A stretch of DNA of 25,253 nucleotides from Gemmatimonadaceae bacterium. GTDB taxonomy: Bacteria > Gemmatimonadota > Gemmatimonadetes > Gemmatimonadales > Gemmatimonadaceae. Under the pieces are notes generated by a model. The model was not told the DNA's origin and ran no database searches. It saw only the letters and a program-made list of their open reading frames with translations. The DNA lies in contig DATEOG010000235.1 of assembly GCA_035274345.1 (NCBI GenBank), positions 1-25,253 of the forward strand. The letters run 5' to 3'. Made by a program: the position numbers and the translations under genes. Numbering within the stretch: position 1 is the stretch's first letter; every line of letters begins with the position of its first letter. Shown in pieces: positions 16,372 to 24,118 of the stretch.

Positions 16372-17754
16372 ATGCCTCTCCTCTGGGTCGTCGTCGGCGT
16401 CGCGTTGATGCTCGTGCTCATGCTCGTCGTGAAGCTCGATGCGTTCTTCGCACTCATCCTCACGTCGTTCGTCGTCGCGCTGCTCAACGGGATGGACCTG
16501 CTCGGCGCGCTGCAGTCGATCCTCAAGGGGATCGGCAACACGATGGGAGGGGTGGCGCTGATGCTCGTGTTCGGGGCGATGCTCGGGCGGCTGCTGGACG
16601 AGAGCGGCGCGGCGCAGGCCATCGCGACGCGGTTCATCGACATCACGGGACGCAAGCACATCCAGTTCGCGATGGCCATCACCGGTCTGCTCGTCGGCAT
16701 CGCGATGCATTACAACGCTGGGTTCCTCGTGCTGATCCCGCTGGTGTACACCGTAGCGCTGACGACCGGGCTGCCGCTGGTCTACATCGGGCTGCCACTC
16801 GCGTCCGCGCTCTCGGTGACGCACGGCTTCACGCCGCCGCACCCGGCGCCGACCTTCCTCACCCTGCTGTACCACGCGGACGTCAACCAGACGCTGCTCG
16901 TCGGGCTCATCGCGGCGATCCCCGCCGCGCTGCTCGGCGGCATCGTGTTCAGTCGCGTACTGCGCATTCGCGACCTGACCCCGCCCGAGGGATTGGTACG
17001 CGGCGTGGCGCTGGAGCGCGACGCGCTGCCCGGCTTCGGTATCAGCCTCGTGACCGCGCTCGTGCCGGTGATCCTCATGCTCACCAACGCGATCGTCGAC
17101 ATCAGCCTCGGCACCGCGGGGATCGATCCGGCGAAGCCGGAGTACGGCGCACAGCTCGCGGCGGCCGTGCCGCAGCGTGGGCTCCAGCTGATCGTCACGG
17201 GACTCAAGTTCTTCGGCAATCCGAACATCGCGCTGATGATCGCCGTGCTCGTCGCCGTGTACGTGCTCGGCGTGCGTCGCGGCCGCACGATGGACTCGCT
17301 GATGCGGAGCGTGCAGGGCGGCGTCGCGAGCATCGCGGGGATCCTGCTCATCATCGCCGCGGGAGGTGCCTTCTCGCAGGTGCTGCGCGACGGCGGCGTG
17401 TCGGACTACATCACGCGCCAGGCGGCGCAGATCCACATCAACCCGATCGTGCTCGCGTTCGGAGTCGCCGCGCTCCTGCGCGCGTCGATCGGCTCGGCGA
17501 CCGTGGCGGGGATGACGGCCGCTGGCGTACTGGCGCCAATGGTCGGGGAGAGCGCCGTGCGGCCCGAGCTGATGGTGCTCGCGACCGGGGCCGGCAGTCT
17601 CATGTTCTCGCACTTCAACGACAGCGGCTTCTGGATGTTCAAGGAGTACTTCAACGCGACGATCCGCGAAACGCTGCTGACGTGGAGCATGATGGAGCTG
17701 ATCGTCGGCCTGGTGGGGCTCGCCGTGGCCCTGCTGATGAATCTCGTGTGGTGA
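16372..17754 (+). CDS. gntP: GntP family gluconate:H+ symporter
   Basis: KLDAFFALIL, GAMLGRLLDESGAAQAIA, LSVTHGFTPPHPAP, LLIIAAGGAFSQVL, GSATVAGMTAAG, SHFNDSGFWMFKEYF. Start trimmed from 16174 because the N-terminal extension is translated repeat sequence. Confidence 0.93.
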   Translation: MPLLWVVVGVALMLVLMLVVKLDAFFALILTSFVVALLNGMDLLGALQSILKGIGNTMGGVALMLVFGAMLGRLLDESGAAQAIATRFIDITGRKHIQFAMAITGLLVGIAMHYNAGFLVLIPLVYTVALTTGLPLVYIGLPLASALSVTHGFTPPHPAPTFLTLLYHADVNQTLLVGLIAAIPAALLGGIVFSRVLRIRDLTPPEGLVRGVALERDALPGFGISLVTALVPVILMLTNAIVDISLGTAGIDPAKPEYGAQLAAAVPQRGLQLIVTGLKFFGNPNIALMIAVLVAVYVLGVRRGRTMDSLMRSVQGGVASIAGILLIIAAGGAFSQVLRDGGVSDYITRQAAQIHINPIVLAFGVAALLRASIGSATVAGMTAAGVLAPMVGESAVRPELMVLATGAGSLMFSHFNDSGFWMFKEYFNATIRETLLTWSMMELIVGLVGLAVALLMNLVW

Positions 17755-17770
17755 CGCGCCCCGCGCCGAG

Positions 17771-18625
17771 TCAGAACCTCAGCGCGGAGATGTAGGCGTA
17801 GTCGCGCTTCACGCTCGCGAGCGGCGTATCGGGATAGGTCTCCTGCTCTACGAAGAAGTGCTTGTCCTCGAGCTTCTTCACCTTCGCGAGGATGCCGCGG
17901 AGATTCACGATGCCCTTGCCGAGCTCCGTGTCGTGCTCGGCCTTCAGCGCGGCCGCGTCCTTGATGTGGAAGGAGTAGTAGCGGTCGCCGTAGCGGTTCA
18001 TGAGGTCCATCGGATCGCGGCCGCCGACCATCGCGTTGCCGGTGTCGAGCTGCAAGCGCACGAGGCTCGGGTCGAGTCGTGCGACCAGCGCGTCATAGCC
18101 CTGCTGGCCGCCGAAGCTCTTGAAGTCGTCGGCCTCGTCGTGCCAGGCGATCCAGAGATCGTGCTTGCGCGCGGCCTCTCCCGCGCGATTGAGCTGGTCG
18201 GCGTACGCGCCGAAGGTCTCGAGCGTGCGGCGTGCCGAGGCGGGGATGTCGGCGAGGATGAGGTACTCGTGGCCGAGGACCCGTGCTTCCTCCACGGCGC
18301 CGTCGACGTTCGCGAGCGTCTCGACGCCGATATGCGTCGACGGCGCGCGAAGTTTATGCCGGTCGAGCATCCCGCGCACCTCGCGAGGCGAGTGCTCGAA
18401 GTTGCGCATCGACGAGAGCAGCTCTACGTCGGTATAGCCCGCGGCGGCGATGTCTCCAAGCGTGCGGTCGAGATTGGCCCGCGCCGCATCGCGCAACGTG
18501 TACAGCTGAACGCCGATGCGCGTCAGGCGGCGGTCGCCAGGCGCGCCGGGGCTCGACATCGCGCATGCGATCGAAGGAGTGGCGATCGCGGCGCCGAGCG
18601 TGTGAAGGAAGGTGCGTCTGTGCAT
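17771..18625 (-). CDS. Sugar phosphate isomerase/epimerase family (xylose isomerase-like TIM barrel), Tat-exported
   Basis: Tat signal MHRRTFLHTL. Motifs IGVQLYTLR, AGYTDVEL, LQLDTGN, FHIKD, ELGKG and FVEQE. Start trimmed from 18697. Confidence 0.9.
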   Translation of the reverse strand: MHRRTFLHTLGAAIATPSIACAMSSPGAPGDRRLTRIGVQLYTLRDAARANLDRTLGDIAAAGYTDVELLSSMRNFEHSPREVRGMLDRHKLRAPSTHIGVETLANVDGAVEEARVLGHEYLILADIPASARRTLETFGAYADQLNRAGEAARKHDLWIAWHDEADDFKSFGGQQGYDALVARLDPSLVRLQLDTGNAMVGGRDPMDLMNRYGDRYYSFHIKDAAALKAEHDTELGKGIVNLRGILAKVKKLEDKHFFVEQETYPDTPLASVKRDYAYISALRF

Positions 18626-18739
18626 GGCGTGGCTTTGGAGGACGGTGGCCGAAGGTATCCCCACCGGCAGACGCGCGGCAGGTGCGTGGGCGGGCAAACC
18701 TCCGTCAGTCGCAGACGCGCTATGGCTGCCTTGCGTCGC

Positions 18740-19984
18740 TTAGAACACCACGAAGCCGAACTCCGGTTCCACGCCGAGATACACCTGTCCTACCGTTTCC
18801 AGCCGGCTCTCGCACAGGAAACCGTGCTGGCGCACGGTCTGCGCATCGCGGAAGTGGCGCTCCAGTCGGTTCCGCGCGTAGATCCCGCTCGTGCCGGCCA
18901 TGCGGTGCACCAGGTCCGCGACCTTGGCCGTGGATTGCACGGCGTGGGTACTGGCGAGCATCATGTCGGCCTTCTGCTGCAGCGTTGCCCGCTGCCCGGT
19001 GGCGGCGCGCTGCCACGCGGCGGCGAGCTCGTCGTAGAAGAAGAGCCGCGCCGCGCGGAGGACTGCCTCCCCCTCCGCGAGCGCCGCCTGCGCCGCGGTA
19101 CGGTCCTTCAGGGTCTTCCTCGCGCCGAGGGGCGTCTTGCGGCCAGCGAGCTCCCGTAGCTCCGTGAGCGCGCCGCGGGCAATCGCCAGCGCCACAGGAG
19201 CGATGATGGCGAACGTCGGGACGAGCGCGGACACCTGATAGAGCGGACCCCGAAACTGCGATCCCCGCTCGAACTCCGGCATCACGTGGAAGCTTCGCGC
19301 GGTGGGGATGAAGACGCCGCTCGCAGCGACGTCGTTGCTGTCGGTCCCGCGCATGCCGAGCGAGTGCCAGGTATCCACGATCTCCACGTCGCTCGTGCGC
19401 ATGATGAGCCCGACGATCTCCGGACCGAACGGCGTCATGCGCGGCTGCTCGCCGTCGAAGACCATCGCGGTCATCATCACCCAGGGCGAGTCGTGGATCG
19501 TGCTGGCGAGGGGGCCGCGGCCGCTGAAGAGGTAGCCGCCCGGTACCTCTTCGGCTCGGTGCGGCGGGGCGAACGACGCAGACATGAGCAGATCCGGCCC
19601 ATCCGCGAACAGCTCGGCGACGCCTTCCGCGGGAAGGTTCGACGTCCACCAGGAGCCGCTGCTGCCCGCCTGCAGCGCCCAGCCGGCCGCGCTGTCGAAT
19701 CCCGAGACCTCCTCGACGACGCGTGCGACGGTGACAGGATCGGCCTCGAGCCCTCCGAGCGCACGCGGAGTGAACATCCGGAAGAGTCCCGCGTCACGCA
19801 TGGCGTCGATGACTGGTCGCGCGAGCCGACGATCGCGCTCGGTGGTGTCGGCATGCTCGCGAATCATCGGTCCGAGCGCGCGCGCGCGCTCGAGCAACGA
19901 CTCGTCGACCGCGAACGATCCCGCCGGAGGAAGAGTGAGCTCGATGGGAGAGTTCGACGTGATGGATCGAGAGGGGTGAGTCAT
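18740..19984 (-). CDS. Acyl-CoA dehydrogenase-fold flavin-dependent monooxygenase, oxygenase component (HsaA/HpaH-like, group D)
   Basis: AGLFRMFTPRALGGLE, DSAAGW, GYLFSGRGPLAS, DTWHSLGMRGTDSND, LERHFRDAQTVRQH. GGAGG RBS 7 nt upstream. Confidence 0.88.
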   Translation of the reverse strand: MTHPSRSITSNSPIELTLPPAGSFAVDESLLERARALGPMIREHADTTERDRRLARPVIDAMRDAGLFRMFTPRALGGLEADPVTVARVVEEVSGFDSAAGWALQAGSSGSWWTSNLPAEGVAELFADGPDLLMSASFAPPHRAEEVPGGYLFSGRGPLASTIHDSPWVMMTAMVFDGEQPRMTPFGPEIVGLIMRTSDVEIVDTWHSLGMRGTDSNDVAASGVFIPTARSFHVMPEFERGSQFRGPLYQVSALVPTFAIIAPVALAIARGALTELRELAGRKTPLGARKTLKDRTAAQAALAEGEAVLRAARLFFYDELAAAWQRAATGQRATLQQKADMMLASTHAVQSTAKVADLVHRMAGTSGIYARNRLERHFRDAQTVRQHGFLCESRLETVGQVYLGVEPEFGFVVF

Positions 19985-20031
19985 CGACGGTCCTCCAGGG
20001 AAGGAAGCATGGCCGCCACAGCGAGCCCACC

Positions 20032-20060
20032 ACGCTTGGTCGGCGCGGAGCGCGAGTCAA
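20032..20060 (-). promoter_or_regulatory. Possible sigma70-type promoter for the monooxygenase gene
   Basis: Minus strand TTGACT (20060-20055), 17-nt spacer, AAGCGT (20037-20032). The -10 is weak. Confidence 0.3.
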
Positions 20061-20160
20061 GCTGAGCCGAAGTTGGTACGAAGGCGCCGCTCGAGACCTG
20101 CCGTCCCTTGCCGACGACGAACCACCGCCCGATCTTGCCCGCCGACCATCAACTCATTGG

Positions 20161-21297
20161 ATGAATCGTATGGCTTCGACTTCCCGCCGCGACTTCGTGC
20201 GCATGTCGGCGCTCGCCGCCGCCGGCGTGCCCCTCGTTCGGCCTCTCGGCTCCATTCCCTCCCTCGCGCATCGCGCCACGCCCACCACCAGCCGGCAGGA
20301 GCGGAAGCTGGGATTCGCCCTCGTCGGGCTCGGCAGCCTGAGTACCAACCAGATCGCGCCGGCGCTGCAGAAGACCAAACATTGCCGCCTCGCCGGCATC
20401 GTCACCGGCACGCCGGCGAAGGCCGCGAAGTGGAAGGCGCAGTACGGCATCCCGGACAAGAGCATCTACAACTACGAGACGATGAGCCGGATGGCGGACA
20501 ATCCGGACATCGACGTCGTCTACATCGTGACGCCGAATTCGCTCCACGCCCGCGACACGATCAAGGCGGCGAAGGCGGGCAAGCACGTGCTGTGCGAGAA
20601 GCCGATGGAGGTGTCGACGGCGCGCTGTCAGGCGATGATCGCCGCGGTGAAGCAGGCGAACCGCCAGCTCGCGATCGGCTATCGCTGCCGCTTCGAGCCG
20701 CACCACCTCGAGATGCTGCGCGTCGCCAAGGAGAAGGAGCTCGGCGAGGTGCGTCTGATCGAGTCGAGCTTCGGGTTCTCGATCGGAGATCCGACCCAGT
20801 GGCGCCTCAACTACGCGCTCGCCGGGGGCGGGCCGCTGATGGACGTCGGCATCTACTCCATCCAGTCGGCCGAAATGATCGCCGGCCAGTATCCCACCGC
20901 CGTCAACGCCATGACGACGAAGACGGATCCGGTGAAGTTCAAGGACGTCGAGGAGTCGATGACGTACGAGCTCAAGTTCGCGAACGGCATCTCCGCGTCG
21001 TGCACGACGACGTACAAGGTGAACGGCTTCAACCGCACGACGGCGTACGCCGATCGCGGCACCTTCGGGCTCACCCCTGCCTTCAACTACGACGGCATCA
21101 AGGGCTGGCGCAGCGACCGCAAGACGCTGGAAGCCCCCGAGGTCGACCAGTTCGCGACGGAGATGGACGACTTCGCCGACTGCATCATCGACAACCGTCC
21201 GACGAGCGTCCCCGGCGAGATGGGACTGCGCGACGTGCGCACGATGATGGCGTTGTATGAATCGGCGCGGACGGGGAGAACCGTACGGCTGGCTTGA
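20161..21297 (+). CDS. gfo: Glucose-fructose oxidoreductase / aldose-aldose oxidoreductase-like Gfo/Idh/MocA protein, Tat-exported
   Basis: Tat motif SRRDFVR. GFALVGLG..S.NQIAP, SIYNYE, DIDVVYIVTPNSLH, KHVLCEKPM and GGGPLMDVGIY closely follow Zymomonas GFOR as I recall it. Alternative start at 20170. Confidence 0.88.
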   Translation: MNRMASTSRRDFVRMSALAAAGVPLVRPLGSIPSLAHRATPTTSRQERKLGFALVGLGSLSTNQIAPALQKTKHCRLAGIVTGTPAKAAKWKAQYGIPDKSIYNYETMSRMADNPDIDVVYIVTPNSLHARDTIKAAKAGKHVLCEKPMEVSTARCQAMIAAVKQANRQLAIGYRCRFEPHHLEMLRVAKEKELGEVRLIESSFGFSIGDPTQWRLNYALAGGGPLMDVGIYSIQSAEMIAGQYPTAVNAMTTKTDPVKFKDVEESMTYELKFANGISASCTTTYKVNGFNRTTAYADRGTFGLTPAFNYDGIKGWRSDRKTLEAPEVDQFATEMDDFADCIIDNRPTSVPGEMGLRDVRTMMALYESARTGRTVRLA

Positions 21298-21370
21298 GTG
21301 GTGAGTAGTGGGTGATGGGTGACGGCGTTCGCAGTCACCCACAACCCACCACCCACTACCCACAACCCAT
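21298..21370. terminator. Heptamer-array hairpin between convergent genes; probable bidirectional terminator or mRNA stabiliser
   Basis: Perfect stem TGGGTGAC (21316-21323) / GTCACCCA (21334-21341), extended by TGGGT(G/T)N and N(C/A)ACCCA heptamer repeats on each side. It fills the whole gap between the two stop codons. No U-tract. Confidence 0.65.
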
Positions 21371-21371
21371 T

Positions 21372-23105
21372 TCAGTAGTGAGTGTGATTCACCATCACGT
21401 CCCGTAGATACTCCGCTGATCGTCGCACCCTCGCGCCGCTCGCGTTCGCGCCGCGATGGCCCCACACGCGCATGACGCCCGGCGCGAGCGTGATCACCTC
21501 GTCGGCGCGGTCGCCCATGAAGTCGAACATGTGGAACACGCCGTCGGGGAACCACAGCTCGCCCGTGCCGTCGCGCTGCATGTGGAACTTGTACCAGAAC
21601 AGCTCCTCGCGGCCGTCGCCGCGCCAGTCGCCCTGGACGAACACGGGGTTGCCGTTGAGCGGGAGAGCGGGCCACTTCGAGAGAAGCTTCAGCGTCGGGT
21701 CGAACCACCAGACCTGAGCCGAGAGGCCCGGCTCCCCCGCCTGCGCGTTGCCGTAGGTTCGGGCGCCGACGACGATCTGCGGGCCGCGAGCACCCGCGAG
21801 GAAGCTGCCGACGGCGATCTGCTGCGCATGCTCGGCAGCGTGCTGGCGGAGCACGCGCCCGCTCGCGGCGTCGAACACGAACACCCCGTCCTCGCTCTGC
21901 GTGGAGACGATCTCGGGACGGCCGTCGCCGGTGAGGTCCGGGAAGCGGTAGCTGTCGGCGTGGTCGTGGTTGTCGAAGAAGAAATCGAACCGGTTCCAGC
22001 GCTGCTTCCCCGCCGCATCGAGCACGAGCGAGCCGACGACCACTTCGTCCACGCCGTCGCGGTCGAGATCCACGGGGTAGACGTAGTGCCCGAGGTGGTC
22101 CTTGCGCTTCAGCTCCGTGTGGCTCCAGCGCGGACGCAGATGCGAGTCGTACGCGGCGACGACGATCGAGTCGCCGCTGTCGCTCAACAGCACGACGTCG
22201 CTCGGATATCCCGGCGACAGCCGGCCGATGGCGATGCGAAAGTTGTTGTAGACGTGCGGCTTCGCGCGCGTCGGCCACGGCGCCCGGTGCATCACTTCGC
22301 CGGTCATTCCGTTGGCCGCGACGAGCCATTCCTTCCCGTCGATCTCGCGCCAGTGGATCACCTCGGCTTTCCCGTCGCGATCGAGGTCCCACACTGCGCC
22401 CGGCGCCTCGAACTCGGCTCGCAGACGCTCTCCCTCTGCCGGCGCCTCCCACGACCAGCGCACGGTCCCGTCGAAGCCGAACGCGCGGGCGGAGTATCCG
22501 GCCGAGAACACGACGAAGTCGGTGCGGCCGTCGCCGTCGACGTCGCCGAACTTCACCATCGTGGAGCGCGGAATGGGATATTCGCGGAGCAGCTTCACCT
22601 CGGGGACGAGCTGGAGCGGGCGCAGGTCGTCCTCGCGAAGGTCGGCGCGCGTCGAGAGCGCGATGACGTCGAGCACCGGACGCCCCGTGATGCGCATGAG
22701 GCGGACGTCCACCGGGCCGCGCGGCAGATCGATCTCGCCGACGCGCTCCAGGCGCATCGGAGCGTTGGCCACTCGCCCGCTCACGACCCGGTCGCCGAGG
22801 GCGATGTGGAATCCGCTGGTCGAGTCGCCGTGAGTGCGAGCGTATACAAGGTAGTGCCCGGCGACCGGCACGTCGGCGCTCACCACGTAGTTGTGGTTCG
22901 TGCGCATCTGGAGCGCGGTGTTGTCGAATACCCAGGGCACGCGCAGCGCCGCGGCGTCGGTGATGACGTGCCCCTTCGCGATCTCGCCGACGAAGCGGGA
23001 CGCGTCCACGACCACGATCGGCGCGGCCGGCGCGGTCCCTTGTGCGATGAGGCTGGACGCGGCGCTGCAGGCGAGGAGCAGGCTGACGAACGGTGCGCGC
23101 GGCAT
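21372..23105 (-). CDS. Secreted FG-GAP/VCBS beta-propeller protein with an N-terminal CBM-like domain (rhamnogalacturonan lyase PL11-like)
   Basis: Signal peptide. Repeated DxDxDG-type motifs: GDVDGDGRTD, WDLDRDGKAE, VDLDRDGVDE, PDLTGDGRPE, GDWRGDGREE, FDFMGDRADE. GHYVYPVDLDRDGVDEVVVG resembles the PL11 His-containing blade. Confidence 0.72.
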   Translation of the reverse strand: MPRAPFVSLLLACSAASSLIAQGTAPAAPIVVVDASRFVGEIAKGHVITDAAALRVPWVFDNTALQMRTNHNYVVSADVPVAGHYLVYARTHGDSTSGFHIALGDRVVSGRVANAPMRLERVGEIDLPRGPVDVRLMRITGRPVLDVIALSTRADLREDDLRPLQLVPEVKLLREYPIPRSTMVKFGDVDGDGRTDFVVFSAGYSARAFGFDGTVRWSWEAPAEGERLRAEFEAPGAVWDLDRDGKAEVIHWREIDGKEWLVAANGMTGEVMHRAPWPTRAKPHVYNNFRIAIGRLSPGYPSDVVLLSDSGDSIVVAAYDSHLRPRWSHTELKRKDHLGHYVYPVDLDRDGVDEVVVGSLVLDAAGKQRWNRFDFFFDNHDHADSYRFPDLTGDGRPEIVSTQSEDGVFVFDAASGRVLRQHAAEHAQQIAVGSFLAGARGPQIVVGARTYGNAQAGEPGLSAQVWWFDPTLKLLSKWPALPLNGNPVFVQGDWRGDGREELFWYKFHMQRDGTGELWFPDGVFHMFDFMGDRADEVITLAPGVMRVWGHRGANASGARVRRSAEYLRDVMVNHTHY

Positions 23106-23223
23106 GGGGGCAAAGTGAGAGCGGGCGCAGCATGGCGAGCTCCATGCGTTGGAGCGCGCGGGGCGTGCTGGGAACGTCTACTCCCTGCGAAACGCGTCTC
23201 GACGGACCAGCGTTGGATCACGA

Positions 23224-24057
23224 ATGGCTCCTGCACCTCTCGGCCGTGCCTACATCGGCATCAGCGGCTACGACTACAAGCCGTGGCGCGGCGTGTTCTA
23301 CCCCGACGAGCTGTCCCCGCGGCGGTGGCTCGAGTACGCGAGTGCGCGGTTCAACAGCATCGAGCTCAACGGCACCTTCTACAGCCTCAAGTCGCCCGGC
23401 GTGTTCGCGCGCTGGGTGGCCGAGACGCCCGAGCGGGACTTCGTGCTCGCGGTGAAGGGCGGGCGGTTCATCACGCACAACCTGAAGCTCAGGAACGCCG
23501 AGCGGTCGCTCGGCAACTTTTTCGCGAGCGGCATCCTCGCGCTGGGGCCGAAGACGGGGCCGTTTCTCTGGCAGCTTCCAGGCACTTATCGCTTCGACGC
23601 CGAGCGCATGGACGGCTTCATGCGCCAGCTCCCGCGCACGTCGCGCGATGCGGAGGCGGTGGCCCTGCAGCACGACGAGCGGCTGCGGCGCGGCGCGCTC
23701 GTGGATGCAGTGGCGGACGTGTCGTACCGTCACGCGTTCGAGGTGCGGCACCCGAGCTACTTCCACGAGGAGTTCTTCGCGATCCTGCGCGAACACCATT
23801 GTGGGTTCGTCGTCGCCGACACGGCGGGGAAGTTTCCGTACGCCGAGGAGGTGACGGCGGATTTCGTATACGTGCGCCTGCACGGATCACGGGAGCTGTA
23901 TGCGAGCGGATATACGGACGAGGAGCTCGCCGTCTGGGCGCGGAAGATCGATGGCTGGCGAGCGTCAGGGCGGGATGTGTACGTGTACTTCGACAACGAC
24001 ATCAAGGTACATGCGCCCTACGACGCGCTGAGGCTCGCGGAACGAGTCGCACGATGA
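23224..24057 (+). CDS. DUF72 (YecE-like) TIM-barrel protein
   Basis: YIGISGYDYKPW, FYP, NSIELNGTFY, LWQLP, HAFEVRH, FVYVRLHG, VYVYFDND. Start trimmed from 23149. Confidence 0.92.
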   Translation: MAPAPLGRAYIGISGYDYKPWRGVFYPDELSPRRWLEYASARFNSIELNGTFYSLKSPGVFARWVAETPERDFVLAVKGGRFITHNLKLRNAERSLGNFFASGILALGPKTGPFLWQLPGTYRFDAERMDGFMRQLPRTSRDAEAVALQHDERLRRGALVDAVADVSYRHAFEVRHPSYFHEEFFAILREHHCGFVVADTAGKFPYAEEVTADFVYVRLHGSRELYASGYTDEELAVWARKIDGWRASGRDVYVYFDNDIKVHAPYDALRLAERVAR

Positions 24058-24067
24058 TCGGGCCGCG

Positions 24068-24095
24068 TTGACAGTCGTCGCCGATCGAGTAGCGT
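24068..24095 (+). promoter_or_regulatory. Putative sigma70-type promoter of the AlkZ-like gene
   Basis: TTGACA (24068-24073), 16-nt spacer, TAGCGT (24090-24095), 23 nt upstream of ATG 24119. Confidence 0.55.
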
Positions 24096-24118
24096 CCACT
24101 GTCCTCGACCACCGATCG

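Noticed and set aside
20149-23145. 998-aa minus-strand ORF
   Set aside because: It is an Arg/Ala-rich off-frame shadow of the propeller gene plus the antisense of gfo, running through the heptamer hairpin. Such ORFs are expected at this GC content.
23172-23183. GAAC-N4-ACTC upstream of DUF72 as an SOS box
   Set aside because: The right half-site does not match GTTC, and the LexA motif of this lineage is unknown to me.
21456-24071. 871-aa plus-strand ORF
   Set aside because: It is antisense to the propeller gene and off-frame over DUF72, with no recognisable motifs.
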